Shown piece after piece: positions 1 to 13,500 of a stretch of 64,000 bases of DNA. The DNA comes from Octopus sinensis (taxonomy: Eukaryota). Below the pieces are notes generated by a model. It saw only the letters and a program-made list of their open reading frames with translations. It did no database searches and was not told where the DNA came from. The DNA is taken from NCBI RefSeq assembly GCF_006345805.1, contig NW_021831989.1:186001-250000 (forward strand), written 5' to 3'. The translations under genes and the position numbers were made by a program. How positions within the stretch are numbered: position 1 is the first letter of the stretch; each line of letters opens with the position of its first letter.

Positions 1-46
1 GAATAGATAAATTTAAATAATTTATATTTTCAACTTTTCTGGTGGG

Positions 47-949
47 ATGGAATATTTTAGTGGTCTTGAATTGGAAGATCCTAATCCATGTCTGAGTGAG
101 ATTTTTGAGAATTGTAATTATACTTTTTTTGAAAACAAATTATCATCAGTAGTTGTAAAATATAGTAATCGGATGACCAGGTTATACAATTAACATAAAA
201 AGTAGATGTGCTGGAACGTGTTATTTTAATAAAATTGAATACCATTGTGTCATCAAACTTAGTTCTAAATTACTAAAATTTCGTTCCAGAAAAGAATTAG
301 TAGAAACTCTTTTGGTAATAAAAACCTACTCAAAATTTTAGCACGAAATGATTCACGCATATTTATTTTTAACAGAAAAAAATGACCAATATTTGGTAAC
401 TCTAAAACTACAAATTTAGAATCGAGACGGACATGGTCCTCTATTCTTATACCACATGGATCGAATAAATCAAATTAGTGGACTTGAAATAACTGTAATA
501 TTTATTTAAACCATCCATAGGTTTATCATTCTTTCACTGACGAAGTAAAATATTATCAAGAACATTGGTGGCAGTGCAATGGACAGTGCCGGTTCAATCC
601 GCCTTATTTTGGGTTGGATTTTTATGATTATTTTAGACTTGTTTGTCGTGCAATGAATCGTCCGCCGTCTAAGAATGACAAATGGTGGAACAGGCACGCA
701 GGGTTTTGTGGAGGTACTTTTATAAAAGTCAATTCTCCTGTAAATTTTGAGCAAAAAAACAAAAAATCAGCAAAAATATCTGGAAATAAAAAAATTATTA
801 AATCAATGAATAAAAAGCAAGTTTTGACTCTCGAGGATTATTTTCCATCGAGTTTTAATATAGAGGAAGGTCAGGTTGCTTGTCCTATATGCAATAAAAT
901 TATAATGATGGTGAAAATTAATTCTCATCTTGACCAATGCCTGAAATAA
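47..949 (+). CDS. SPRTN: SprT-domain DNA-protein crosslink protease Spartan, multi-exon with ~24-27 nt introns
   Basis: Spliced translation gives DPNPCLSEIF...KYSNRMT, HEMIHAY (HExxH), DGHGPLF, EHWWQCNGQC, WWNRHAGFCGGTFIK and a C-terminal UBZ4 finger CPICNK...NSHLDQC. Confidence 0.92.
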
Positions 950-984
950 TTTTTTATTATAAATTTTTTTTTACTTTTTTATTC

Positions 985-1110
985 CACCGGGCAAAGTGTC
1001 TCTGTCGTTATGACCTGGGACGGTGGGCCCTAAGATGATGAGGTTGATGTAATAAAATACTACAAATTACGAAAACAGAAGCTATAACTATTAGTTATTT
1101 TGCATGTCTG
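985..1110 (+). mobile_element. 3' remnant of R4/Dong-like non-LTR retrotransposon
   Basis: Encodes VVMTWDG. The following gatgtaataaaatactacaaattacgaaaac matches the 3' end of the copy at ~54050-54100. Confidence 0.6.
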
Positions 1111-1139
1111 AGTTTTTGAGATTAAAATTAACAATTTAG

Positions 1140-1690
1140 TTTAAGAGGGGCCACCATCTCGGAAGAATTAAAAACGACCCCCGCAGCTTAATCGACTCTT
1201 TGACGTGTCTCAATAGCAGTTCTCAGGGGGAACAGTTTCTCGATTCTCTCTTTGGGTGGTCTCTGATCGCCTTTTGTTTCGTTTATTTCCATTACTAAAA
1301 AAACTAAATTTAGTTTAAAATGTTTTTTACTAAAGGGATTTTGGAGCAGTGGGATATGAATGAATATGGATTTATTAGAGAAATTTAGCCGACAAGAAAC
1401 AAGAAGAAAAGTCCCAAGAAATTAGCATTTAGGGGGCCTGAAAACGAAAACCAGGAAGGTCTCAACTACAGTTTAGCCCCAGAAGATTTTTCTAATTTCC
1501 CTTCTGGACAAATTTCTTCTGTGTCAGGGTCCCCATATCTGACATACGTAACCAAAATATCGTCCGCGTAGATAATTAGTCTGCTTTTTAATGATATTTT
1601 TGTTCATTTAATAAATTATTGCTCTTTTATTCTAAGATACATTAACTGCCTATCAAATTTGTAAAGTATTGAGGACAAATGCACAAAAAC
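1140..1690 (-). mobile_element. Degenerate non-LTR RT fragment with 3' end
   Basis: LIIYADDILV motif near 1555-1585, followed by a GAKL-type RT domain 6 remnant. C-terminal RTAIE is shared with the remnants at 20793 and 54324. Confidence 0.5.
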
Positions 1691-1719
1691 TATATAGTCA
1701 AATTCGCCCTAATAAAAAC

Positions 1720-2520
1720 CCCGACTTGGGGCACCCTTGCTTTTTGGGGTGATTTTATTTTTTGTGCATTTTTCCTCAATAATTTACAAATTTGAAAACT
1801 ATCAAAACCCCAGTATGGGGCACTTTACTAGTTTATTTTACTTCATTATAACAAAAGTTAAAATTGCGAAGTGTCTACAAACTTCTTTTTAAAAGTAATG
1901 AAAAAATTTTTAATTGTGATGAAACATTTTTGTATGTTAAAAAATTTCCTTTATGTCAAATCTATAGAAAAATGTCATGGTACAAAATTCTTCTTTGTTA
2001 TCATACAGCAGGAGAAAAATTAAAACCCCTTGTTATTTGAAAATATAAATCACCTAGTTGTATGAAAAGTTTGCTTAATTATATTTCAACATAGATTTTG
2101 ATTGTGAAAAATTTGGTATTTTATATGCAGCGTCAAAAAATTCCTAGATGAACAGAAAAATTTTTTAAATGTGGCTCTCAAAAATTAACGATTATTTTTT
2201 CTCCGGTGATCTAGGATTTCAAAGAACCCGAATGTCTTGAATTCATCATAAGATGGAAAAATATTTTTTAATAGTGGATAATACTACATTTTATTTTTTA
2301 ATGGAATACCCAAATGTTGAATTGTTTTTTCTTCCTAAAACACAACATGGGTATAATAAAATATTTTAAAGTACATTGCAAAAACTTCCTAATTGACTTT
2401 ATGGTTAAATTGAAAGAAGATACATTAATTAATTGTTAAAAGAAAATTGAGGAAAATACAGACGAATTAGTTGAGGATAAAAATTTCGGGGAAGAAGTCC
2501 TAAAAGAAATAAGAACTTAA
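1720..2520 (+). mobile_element. Decayed pogo/Tigger (DDE_1) transposase remnant
   Basis: FNCDETFLY and AGEKLKPLVI*KYKSP motifs with stops and frameshifts. ggggcac subterminal motifs resemble those of the 8055-9151 element. Confidence 0.7.
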
Positions 2521-2904
2521 GTAATATATGACATGTGTAGCCAGGTCGCTATAAGCAACCTGTCCATTTACATGTTACAATGGCAAAAACTTAATAAATG
2601 CATAATATGAGATTTAAAAATTAATTTATTAAAATTTAACTTTCATTTTTTAGACGACAGATCAACACCATCTGAAAATTCTACATGTATCCATCTGCAC
2701 GTGAATTTGAAAAATTATAACTATTTTGCAAATATCGTAATACCTTATCCAACATTAAAATTGGATTCGTCCCGTAATCCGAGCCCTAATAAGATTCAAA
2801 ATTAATTTACAACTTTATTTCTTAATGGAATAATTTGTTGTTCATTTTAACTAAAAGGCTGCAAGTAAAGTTAGAATCTTTATAAGTCTTCTATTTTTGA
2901 CAAT

Positions 2905-3130
2905 GAGACACCCGGCCAGCCTCGCGAATGGCGAAGCCGTTCCCTCGGATCACAGCAATCGACAGACGTTCCAGGAGCCAAGAAAACTCTCTTGGATCGT
3001 GACTAGTCCTTGAAATCCGTCGACCGAGCGAGCGAAGGAAGCGGAGTGTCTTGGGGCCGAAGATCCCGGAGGACTCCACGGCAATTGGAGTAAAGAACAG
3101 CGAGTTGGAGAGGTGGCCGTACTTGAGAAT
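2905..3130 (-). mobile_element. CRE-clade non-LTR retrotransposon C-terminal (RLE) fragment
   Basis: ESSGIFGPKTLRFLRSLGRRISRTSHDPREFSWLLERLSIAVIRGN. Near-identical to 54855-55081. Confidence 0.85.
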
Positions 3131-4759
3131 AATTGTATTTACTATAATCTAAGTATTCTCTAAGTATTAATCATCATTACCGATCGGATGTATTTTAAAA
3201 TCAAAGAATGCATCTTCTAACGATTTTTAAGATTATTTGATAGCAAGAACGAAAAACCAGTTCAATCCTACTCTCCGAAGGCCACGCTCGGACGACTCAA
3301 CTCACCGAAATTCCTCCAATCGGTTTTCGGCTTATTTCTATTTAAAGTTGATGACTACGCTGTTCAAAAAAATAAATTTTTAAATTTATGTTCCAAAATA
3401 CGCCAAGTGCAATCTCTGAGCAACCTCAGTCATTCAAACGTTCGAACAGAAAGGGAAGCGTCCAGAAAAAATAAAGTTTAAATTTTGTTTTTATTCTAAG
3501 ATTCGGTCGTCCTTCAAAAACGTCTTTGGGTTTAATCGAGGGCCAAAGACGTCCGAGCCGTCCGCGGAGGTCAGAAACAACCTCGAGTCAACTCGTCCGT
3601 TTCTAAAATTGCAGTTCGAAGAGTTATGCGGCAGATATAAACGAACTGTGCCAACTTTTACAAAAAAAGGAGTTGTATGTCGCAGATTTGCAACTTGAAA
3701 TTGTCAGTCAAAAAAATTATTTAAAAAATTTGGAAAAACTTCTCAATACTGTGGAAAAGACGCATCGGACGGAAATGATTTTGAGGCGGAAATCAAGTGA
3801 TTGCATCAATTACATCAACGACACTAAAAACGGTAACTCTGAACAAAAAATAATGCCCAAGCAAATTTGAGTGAGTCGTTGGACTTTCGGATTCCGCGGA
3901 AATCATGATTTCGTTGTACGTGCTCACAAATAACAAAATTAAAAAAGTTGGTTCAATTCCAGAGCTTTGTTGGGAATCTATTATTCAGTCACAACGTAAA
4001 ATGGTGTGCCCTGGTGGTCACCGTAAGGAAGGTCTTCAAGGCATGGAGCAGTCACTCATCCATAGAACTACCTCAACTCGATGGACTTAAATGTGGGACT
4101 CAGTTTCGAGAGCCTCTCCTCCCTCGTCGTGGGCAAGAACCTCTGGTCGAACGGTACCTCTGCATTTTCGATTGGCAGAGCAGGGTGAACTAGCCGACCC
4201 TCCATGTGCATTTCTGAGCTGGAATCCCGAAGATTGAGGGAACAGTTTAATATCGACTATGAATATGAAATAGTAAGTGCTACAACACCCTTCATTATGC
4301 TCGATCGACATTTGTTCGAATTAGGCAGTGAGGACTCTGCTTACCAGTTCTAGGCACAGGACAAACAGCAATGGGAATATGCTGTCGCTATGTAATGTGC
4401 TTTTCTCTAGCATTTGTTGTAGTGTAGATACACATTCTATCTGTCCATCACAGTTGCAACAAATTTTATAAACCACAAAGGAGTCTTCCTATGCACTCAA
4501 CGAAGTAGGCATGGTCAACATTTGCCTTTTTCACATCCATCCACATCGACTAGATCAAACTATAGTAAGTGGTAAAAAAATTTTTAATCCCTAAAAAATA
4601 TTGTGTTAAGGTGTCCAAAACAGCTGAAGAGATTTTGGTGGATAGGAAAACAAACTTAATATCACAGAGAGCAGCTGTAAATTCATTTATATTTAATAAT
4701 TACAAGTTAACCTCTAAAACAAACCGGACGTGACGCCGTTTTAATTAAAAAATACGAAA

Positions 4760-5400
4760 TTTACAAAAATTACCGTAATTTACGTCTCCACGAACAATAT
4801 AAATACGTGTTGTGCGTTCTGCGAATGATAAATACTACTTTGAAATGAAGACTTGTTTGTATCAATTTTTCATTGAAAATTTTAGCGAAGTTGAGTCTCT
4901 CTATGTAGAGACGCAACATGGCCGTCAAACATTGTAAAATTTATACTGTTTACAACAAATAAGTCGAGAATTATTACATCAAAGAAAATCAGATATTTCC
5001 TTTGATAAAACTTTATGTCAGTAATAAAAGTTGTTACCCGAAAAGATAAGGATCGTGAGTTTATGGAAGAGGCTAAATTCTTTACGACTAAATAATTAAA
5101 AAAATTTATAAAAATGCTTGGCCTCAGTTTGAACAATAATAAAACAAAATTGATAAAGGAGTTTATGAAGCGAGGATACGCTGGGGGAGTAATTTGCAAA
5201 AGATAAAAGAAAAACCATCAAAGTCAGCATGTTAGCACATACAAATTGATTTCTTTAGTACAAGTTGATTTAATGTCTTTGTTGTGTCGCAATTGGAATG
5301 CATTACATTTATCGACAGAATTTGGTTTATGGAGATCTAAGAGCAGACAACGTTTTGACCAACAGTGAATTAATGTTGGATTAGACATCAAAGCAAATTT
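4760..5400 (+). pseudogene. Degenerate Src-like tyrosine kinase (possible SH2 plus kinase remnants)
   Basis: IKVVTRKDKDREFMEEAK, KEFMKRG and GMHYIYRQNLVYGDLRADNVL (Src-type DLRA), interrupted by stops and frameshifts. Confidence 0.6.
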
Positions 5401-5467
5401 CAACGTCCCTGAAGGAAAAATTCGATTTAAAAAAATTTTTCAGATTCAAATCAGTTTTAAAATTTTG

Positions 5468-7321
5468 TCAATTATATCGTACGTTTTCAAATTCTGCAAT
5501 ATTCAACGTATCAAAAATATCTGTCCTTTCTATTGGTATACTATCTTCTGATTTATTTTTCACGTTATCATTATTTAGAATTCCCAGGTAATTATAGATT
5601 AAAATCAAAGTTTATTAGCCAATCTATGAAGATTTTCCCAGTCACCCAAGCACGCTGGAAGGGAGTATTCCCTGACAGTCCTATTCAACTATAAGAAGAC
5701 ATTTTCCCACAAAATAGGCCTGAAAATAGTTCTTGTGCCTGTGCCAACAGTCTGTCACTCCCCGAAATGACACTCTGAACTGAACAGTCAAATCAACCTG
5801 AGAAATGATTTCAAATTCCTTTAGCCGACTTTGATTCTCGAGCCCTTCATTCATGACCTGGACACCAAATGAAGATTCTGGAGGAATACGTACCCCGAAT
5901 TGTCGAACTACTCCCTGATGTACATCTGCCTCCATGTCGGACAACTCCTTGAAAGACTCATTACTCCAAATAATGAACAAATCATCCCCCATTGTCGGAC
6001 ACTCCGATGACTTTGAACAACTTTCTCGTGGATGGCCAACATCTTCTTATATCCCATTCTCAGGTCAGTGAACTGAGACTCTAAAATGGTGCCCTGTAAG
6101 TCAAGGGCCCTCTTTGGCCATACAGGTGAACTACCAATGGGACTGTGTTCTTGACTTGTCTGTTGATATTTCAATAACTGACCAATCAACTGTGTCCTCA
6201 AGTCCAAGGAGGGAGGAATGTCGCTTCCACTTTTCTCTGAGTTCAATGCAGTGTCTACATTGGGAATGTAACACCCCTCCCCTCTACTACTGTTGTCTTC
6301 ACTTTCCCATATAGAACTTAAGATAACTTCCCCTTTGCTCTAAACCAGTGATTCTTCTCTCAATTTATTCTGATCGGACTCAATTTCCCTCATTGTTGAT
6401 AAAAAAATGTTTAGTTAGGTACATAATCGTCCTCGAATTGCAAAATATCCCTAAACTGTCCCAACTTGTCGTTCGTGGCTTTATAAAGCTTGTCGATTGT
6501 CGCATATCGATCACTAAGCACATCCATTTGTCGTTTTATAGTAAAATAGGCATCCCCAAAGTGGATATTTCCCCACAAAATATCTCCATTCGACACTAAT
6601 CGACTCAAAATCTCATCCCCTCGAATCAGGATTTCTTTTAGAGGCACATTCCCGAGTCGAACTCTCAAATCTGAATACAGCCTTTGGAAGGACTCAATGT
6701 GGTCTCGAGAAAAATTAAAGTCATCGAGGACTATGCTCTTCTGTAGTTCATTTATAGTCATCAACTGCGACCCCACAAACGAATAAAATGTTTGAACACT
6801 TCCAAAAGTGTGATAGTCACCTTCAACTAACGGGGATCAAAATGCCTGGAATTTGAAGTTTTGAGTCAAAAGGGATATTTCAAGCAGCCTTTCTAATCTG
6901 GCTACATAAACAGAAGAGAACCACTGACTAGGACGGTCTATCAATTCAATAAAAAAACCGACGTTGATTGCCATGAGAATTATCCTAAGGGAAGACAGAC
7001 TGGTCTGTCGGGCGTCCACAGTGAACACGAGACTGATTTGTTTGCTAAGAATATTGGATGGAGGACAAATACGAGGGAATGCTGCTAATATAGGTGAGTA
7101 CAGTGCACAGATTGTGACTGTATGAAGTTTGTTTGAGTAGTTTTTTAACTTTGAAGAGGTTTGGGGGGATTTTGTTGAGAGCAGGGTCGGGGATATGAAT
7201 TATATGTAAATCAGGGCACTGTCTTTATGATTGTTTATTGGTTAAATGTGCCTGGAAGAATGGCTAATTTTTGTTTAAGGAAATCGTAGATTGGAGGAAA
7301 GTCACGGGTGGATGTGCGCAT
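5468..7321 (-). CDS. SEC14/CRAL-TRIO plus spectrin-repeat protein (SESTD1/Trio-N-terminus-like); ends approximate
   Basis: PIYDFLKQKLAILPG, FTVDARQTS and KEILIRGDEILSRL resemble the Trio/kalirin/SESTD1 N-terminal SEC14 domain and first spectrin repeat. Short GT-AG introns. Confidence 0.65.
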
Positions 7322-8054
7322 TAGACAAACTACGCCAATCGGCAAGTAAATACAAAACATGGGAGATCTACGAATCAATTGGGAAAGAGGAAAATGCCCT
7401 GATAAACAAGCACTAGTCAACAAATAGATAAACAAAGCAAATAGTTATAAACAGTATTTCACATGGATCGATGTTAAGTAGATCACGACTTTTTAAAACA
7501 AACTTGTGAAAAATCTTGTTTACCTGGATGAATCGTGAAATTTGAGTAGATGGATATTAAATTTAGTCTAAGGCTAAATAACAAATAAGTTCAGCAGGGG
7601 AATCTTGTGTATTTTTGTTGGAATATTTAAACCAGAAATTTCAATTTAAGTTGGAGAACTCACTCGACAGTGATCTTGCGAGACCTGTCCAAAGGATTTC
7701 TCGAAAAACAATCAACCAATTTGAGAGGGGCCAATTTGAAAGAGTTGAGTGTATGACATATTCAATACTTTAAATTCAACATTTGATTATTTTAAGTGCT
7801 AATTTTTTTAATTACAAATGTGCTTTTTAACGTTAGAAAAATTTTTTTAAGCGCTAGAAACAACCTCCCTTATTAGTTTAAATTTCAACTCAAAAAGATT
7901 AATGAAATAAGAAGAATTCGAAATTTAAGTTAAATGAATTATAAATCAATAAACTAAACCCCAATTTTTGAAAACACCCCAGCTTTTCGAGACACATTAA
8001 TTCCGCATGCCGGGATTCAACTGTATCACTACACAGCCGACTTTCTTCTATATA

Positions 8055-9151
8055 CAGTCCGACCCCAAAATGGGGCAGACCCCAGGGGTGGGGCACCCTC
8101 GGATTTTGGGGCACCCCCGCAATTTGGGGCACTTTATTCCAAAAGTACATTTTGGCAGAAAAAAAATAAAAATCGATAAAAAATTATGGAATTTTTGGGG
8201 CACCATAAAATCATTTATAAGGAATTAAAAATAAAATAAAATTATAATAAATTAATTATTTTTTGTTTTATTTTCAATTTATATTTTTATTGTTGTGGTT
8301 ATGGATTACGAAACTAATTGAAGATTGCTAAAGAAATTTTGAAGAAAAATTTATCTGAGAGGCAACTAATGAAAAAGTACAACACAAGTAAAGGAACAAT
8401 ATCAAGAATAAAACGAAATATTGTACCTTTCTTGCAACACGGCAATACTATTTCTGAGGATATGACACATTTAAAGCCGATAAAGATAAATTTGATGATC
8501 AAGTCTTTGAAATATTTCAAAGACTACGCGTAGATAAAATTCCGATTTCAGGCCCTATTTTGAAAAAAATTGCCTTAGTTACAGCTTCAAAATTGGATTT
8601 ACTTCTTTTAAAGCTTCCAATGGGTGCCTTGATAGATTTAAATTGCGGCATGAACTTCAATTCAAGTCAATATGTGGTGAAAAAGCTTATGTGATTTATC
8701 TTATGTGAAAAGTATTGTTAATTGTTGGAAGAAAATCGACAGGAACCGTGATTCTTATGCAACAAAAAACTGTCTAACAGATGAACATTTAGATCAAGTT
8801 GTTAACGAAACAATTGATGGAGAATGCGAAGACATGAACATAATGTTTATGATACATATTCAGAAACCGAAAATAGTGAAAAGTCGTAGCAAAAACAAAA
8901 GATGCTTAACAATTTAGAAGAAAAAATTTCTAATGTTGCACCAAGTATGCTCCGAGATTTTTTTGATTTTCGGCTGAAATTGACGAACAATATCAGACAA
9001 AACTCTACAAATAAAAAGAAAATAACTGAATATTTTAGTAAAAATGTTTTTTGATGTTTATTAATGGTTTAATTTTAAAAAAAAACAAACCCCTGTTTTT
9101 GGGGCACCCCCGCATTTGGGGCACTTGGTGCCCCATTTGGGGGTCGGACTG
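8055..9151 (+). mobile_element. pogo/Tigger DNA transposon, internally deleted
   Basis: TIR CAGTCCGACCCCAAAATGGGGCA (one mismatch at the right end) with TA on both sides. Remnants of CENP-B HTH and Tc5-type KASNG.LDRFK.RH. Confidence 0.9.
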
Positions 9152-9367
9152 TAGTAACAATAAATTCAAATTCCTAATGTACCTAACTAAACATTTTTCC
9201 AATATTGCAACATTCATCCATTTTAGAGGTCTTAACCAGCCAAGCTGACTATTGAATCAGACAACCTGAAACACTAAATAGACGAACATTCACACAACAA
9301 AAATTAATACTAATAAGAAACTAACAATTATTTTTAGAACAAAAAAGAAATCAAAATCAGGAGAGAA

Positions 9368-10110
9368 TTACTTTTTATAGCCACGACTCTTTCTCCTTCC
9401 TCTAGCCCGTTCGAACTTATTACCCTTATGGCGGACATGAGGTCTAAATAACTCACCACAACCTTACCTCGTATGACTATGCGGAGCTCCAGGAGCTGGT
9501 CCATTATATTTAGCAACCCTGCGAGAATTTCTATGCCCTTGCATGAGGACTGTCTTCTGCCCTGATGGAGCCCTCAAAGCCAGCTGATCAAATGTTAAAA
9601 TCGTCCCTCCCGCTTTCAAAACACGAGCCCGAGCCTTAGCCGTAACATGAAGAGCACAAATCTTTAAACATAAGAAATAGGGACAACAGTAAGAGGAGGA
9701 ATATTTTCACTCAGCAACCGAATATCGTCAGTAACTGTCCCCACACACACAGCAATGGCCCCCTCAGCCTGTTGCTTGGACATGTGCTTTATAAGGCGTG
9801 AAAGGGCGAGAGGAGGACGATTGGTTCGGCTCATAAGAAGACGTCGATATACAACTGAGTTGAATCCAGAGTCAGTTTTTCGTAGTAGATATTTATAGAT
9901 CTGAATAAGGGGTTAATTTGTGTTATATTGCCTTGATTATTTCACGGTGGTATAAGTTTGGAGTGTGAGGTCTCGTTCTCCTAACTTTTCGGTCATATCG
10001 ATGGCAAATGTCAATTCCCTACAAATTTTAGATATAGATAATTAGGTTGAATTATATATTCGTATTAAATAATGAGTTATGATAAAAAATTGAAACAACA
10101 AGGAAACCAT
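9368..10110 (-). CDS. RPL18: 60S ribosomal protein L18 (eL18)
   Basis: ATG, then a ~87 nt first intron, then [15 protein letters not shown]...[14 protein letters not shown]...[16 protein letters not shown]. Includes a 31 nt GC-AG intron at 9901-9931. Confidence 0.97.
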
Positions 10111-10828
10111 TGCACGTGTGAATGTGTTAAAACTAATTATTATAAAATAAATAATCTAAAATATTATAAAATAAATTTATTAATAACAAAATTAAAACAA
10201 ATCCGAAATCAATATAAAGAAAGAAAGAATTAATCAAAATTGCACACCAAAAAAACAATGTGGAAGGGAGATGTGACTTTGGAGAGTGTAAGGTGATATG
10301 GACGTTGAAATCCTTAGTTTCAGACATTGCCTAGAGGAACTAAAATTTCAAATTGTGAAAGTCGAGTATATTCAGAGAATTTTTTTATCAGAGAGAGACT
10401 TTTGAAGGCCAACTCCAAAGGTGCAGCGAAGGATGGTCAAAACTGACACCCTGAGGATTAAACCCTGCAATTTATCATATTAAAAAAGATATTCTGCCAC
10501 AATATATTGTCACAGGCATCGAACGACCCCAAGTTTGAAGGGACCCTACCCTAATTAGACATTTCATACACTTAATAATTGAAATACCCAAAAGGGGATT
10601 CTAGAGATACTTGCATGACCTCAAAATATTTATATATTAGTAAAATTATGATTACATTAGTACTGCCTTAATTTCAGAAAAATAAATAGACTAATTATAA
10701 ATAATATAATAAATATTTCAAATGAATGTCATTACAATTTACAAAGCCAATTATATATAGTTAAAAACAAAGTAAAGTAACCAATCGTAAACCCACTTAT
10801 ACCCATTTCCACCACTTCATAGATGTTA

Positions 10829-10993
10829 CCTAACCCTAATCCTAACCCTACCCTAAACCTAACCCTAATCCTGACCCTAACCCTACCCTAAACCTAGCCC
10901 TAACCCTAATCCTGACCCTAACCCTAACCTAACCCTAACCCTAACCCTAACCCTACCCTAACCCTACCCTAACCCTACCCTAACCCTAACCCT
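10829..10993. repeat. Degenerate interstitial telomere-like (CCCTAA)n tract
   Basis: About 165 bp of CCCTAA units mixed with CCCTA, CCTAAT and CCTGAC variants. Confidence 0.9.
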
Positions 10994-11334
10994 CATGAGT
11001 AAGGTCACAATGTCGCATTGCATGTCATAATTTGATATGTAAAAATAAAATTTTAGACAAGCCATTCTAAAATAATAAATTAAACATTAGAATTATTATA
11101 AAAATAATTAAAATACTATTTTTTACATATAATTTATGCCTGCCATTTACTTTTGCCTTTTTAATTCTTAATTTCCGTTCAACCCTGGGGGTCCCTTCAA
11201 GACGGTGACATATATTAACCATTAGTTAACTGCAATTATCATCCAGGTGATTTGAAATCTTGAGCAGAAATTTGTATGTTTGAAAAAAATTGTTATCATT
11301 ACCAAACAATTAATTTTATCACGGCTACAATTGT

Positions 11335-11545
11335 GGAACGTATAACTTGTTCATTGACGATGCGGATATGACGGAACGTATAACTTGTTCATTAAGAAGA
11401 CGGATTCTTTCCATGGCTTTCTGTCTAAAGAGATAGTCCGAGTAATTAATGGAGAGTACATGTCTGATAGCTGGTTTTACACTGGGGTGACTTACTTGAT
11501 CCCTAAAAAACGCAATTTTGAGACCCCGAAGGACTTCTACTAACA
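11335..11545 (+). mobile_element. R4/Dong-like RT N-terminal fragment
   Basis: DSWFYTGVTYLIPKKRNFETPKDF motif; a ~21 bp direct repeat ggaacgtataacttgttcatt lies at its left edge. Confidence 0.65.
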
Positions 11546-12539
11546 GCCTCTTTTTTAAATAAAAATTTTTCTTCTTAAAAAGTTTTGGTCTAAAGTTCTT
11601 TTTAAAAAAGTGCTTCAATGGTTTTTTTCTTAATTGAAAAAAATTAATTTCGGATTTAGACCAACAGATAAACCATGTCTGCTAGCTTTATATGAGGTAT
11701 TAATAATTGAAGCATTTATTTTAGATATCTTAATTATTGCCAAAAACAAAGTCTCTCATTCTTCTGGAAAAAATTTAATAAATCCGTTTATTTTTAGAGA
11801 TATTGGATCGACCGAATTTGCCGATTTGTTTAACAACTATATTTTCATTCTTAAACTATATTATCTGGCTGTCATATTTAGTATTTTAAATGAATTAAAC
11901 TTATCACTAAAAGGTATTTTTATTAATAATTTATGTTAAGGTAATAATGCTTCCAACATTGAAGTTATTGAAAAAAATGTCTGCGTTTAAAGAAAAATTA
12001 TCACTATTGAGGGAATATGGCAAAGTGAACAGTAGTCTTAAAAATTGTTAGCAAAAGCTTCTTTTGAGTTTGAAATATATCCTATTGGCAATAATGATCA
12101 ATACAAGACGATAAATAGGAAAATAAGCGTGCATTGTAGTAAATACAATTATGTCGTCGTAGGATAAAGTTTTAAATTAACTTTTATTAAAGTTCCAATT
12201 TAATCTTAGTAATGATTACGAGATGAATCTAGCTTTAATGCCGGATAAATTTGAATCCAAGTATTCCGATACTTGCAAAATAGTTTTTTTCAATTCACGC
12301 ATAGATCGAATTTTTAGATGATGAGAAAAGATCAGTGTTGATGTCTTATCTAAAAAATGACAATTCAATGTCTATTAATTCATCTTTAAAGTTTCTTGTA
12401 TTAATTTGTTCAGTAGTAACACGTAAACGAGCAGGCTGGTTATAGAGACCTGATTAAAATGTTCGATCTTGACTTTTCTGGTCAATATTTAATTGTTTTT
12501 ATTGTTAGGCAGACCTGACAAGCCTGAAGGATCGTATAT

Positions 12540-13310
12540 TACCAGTAGACAATTGCTTGACCAAAAAGAAATAGCAGTGATTTATTTGCAAAACACAATA
12601 AGGAATTAAATACCTATACAGAAACCTGGAAAGCCGACTGAATTTCAGACCAATTATCTTTCTAACGACCCTACGGAAACTACTGTCTTTGATTATTTTG
12701 GATAGGATTTCTCCTTTTTCAGAGTATTAAAATTATAATTTATGCAATCTGAATTTCTGAACTCAATATGAAAATTTCTGAAAGCAAAGTAAAAAAGGTG
12801 TAGTCAAATACAGTAATCAGACACGCAGATGGATATGTACCACACATATCCAGAAAGCTGATCACATACTAGGAATTGATCTTGTCTGAGCGTCATTGAG
12901 CGTCTCTCACTTGAAATAGAACTCTGGGCTAAGTCAGAAATGTCCCTCAATTTCAAAACATATTGGTATTCCACAAGGCAACTCTTTATCGCCAATACAG
13001 TTTTTTATTTACATGGAGGCGATCCTCTGTGACCTAAGATGTAGAATTGAGCCGAGTTCGATCACAAAACTGAACTAGGCGGATGACGTATGCTTTGTTT
13101 CGGAAGACATTGAAAAGATCAGGGAAGTCCTCAATCATGCTCTGGAGTATTCGAAAAATAGTTTTTGAAAGTGAATGAACAAAAGATGGAGCTCAAAATT
13201 TTCAGAAAAAAATCCCAATTTACAGATGAGAAACGAAAAACAAAAAAACTCGGATAATTACTTGGCAACTGGGAAGATGTCCAACGGAATAAAGTCCTTG
13301 GTTCAATTTC
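12540..13310 (+). mobile_element. Degenerate RTE-like non-LTR RT fragment
   Basis: KPGKP, IGIPQGNSLSPIQFFIYME, *ADDVCF (YADD mutated) and KLG*LLGNWEDVQR. Confidence 0.75.
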
Positions 13311-13321
13311 GTGATACCGAT

Positions 13322-13500
13322 AGCGGCGGAGACGTCGAGTTCCTCCGAAAGCTTGGAGCCAAAATCTCAATGCGCAATCACGATCCTCGGGAGGTGGACT
13401 GGCTATTGCAACGGTTCTCGATCGCCGTTATCCGGGGAAACAGTTTGGCAATTCGCCAGACTGCTGGCCTTCTCTTCGATTAATCAATATTAATTAATAG
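13322..13500 (+). mobile_element. CRE-clade 3' fragment (second subfamily)
   Basis: EFLRKLGAKISMRNHDPREVDWLLQRFSIAVIRGNSLAI. Confidence 0.8.

Noticed and set aside
1550-1690. YADD motif as a group II intron or bacterial contaminant
   Set aside because: No domain V/VI structure seen; the surrounding sequence links it to non-LTR debris.
7540-7790. Pentapeptide-like TNLRGANLKE and a possible GC-AG intron
   Set aside because: No consistent open frame or start could be built.
8005-8022. Isolated Tigger-like TIR end (ccgggattcaactgta)
   Set aside because: No partner TIR or transposase found, so no element could be delimited.
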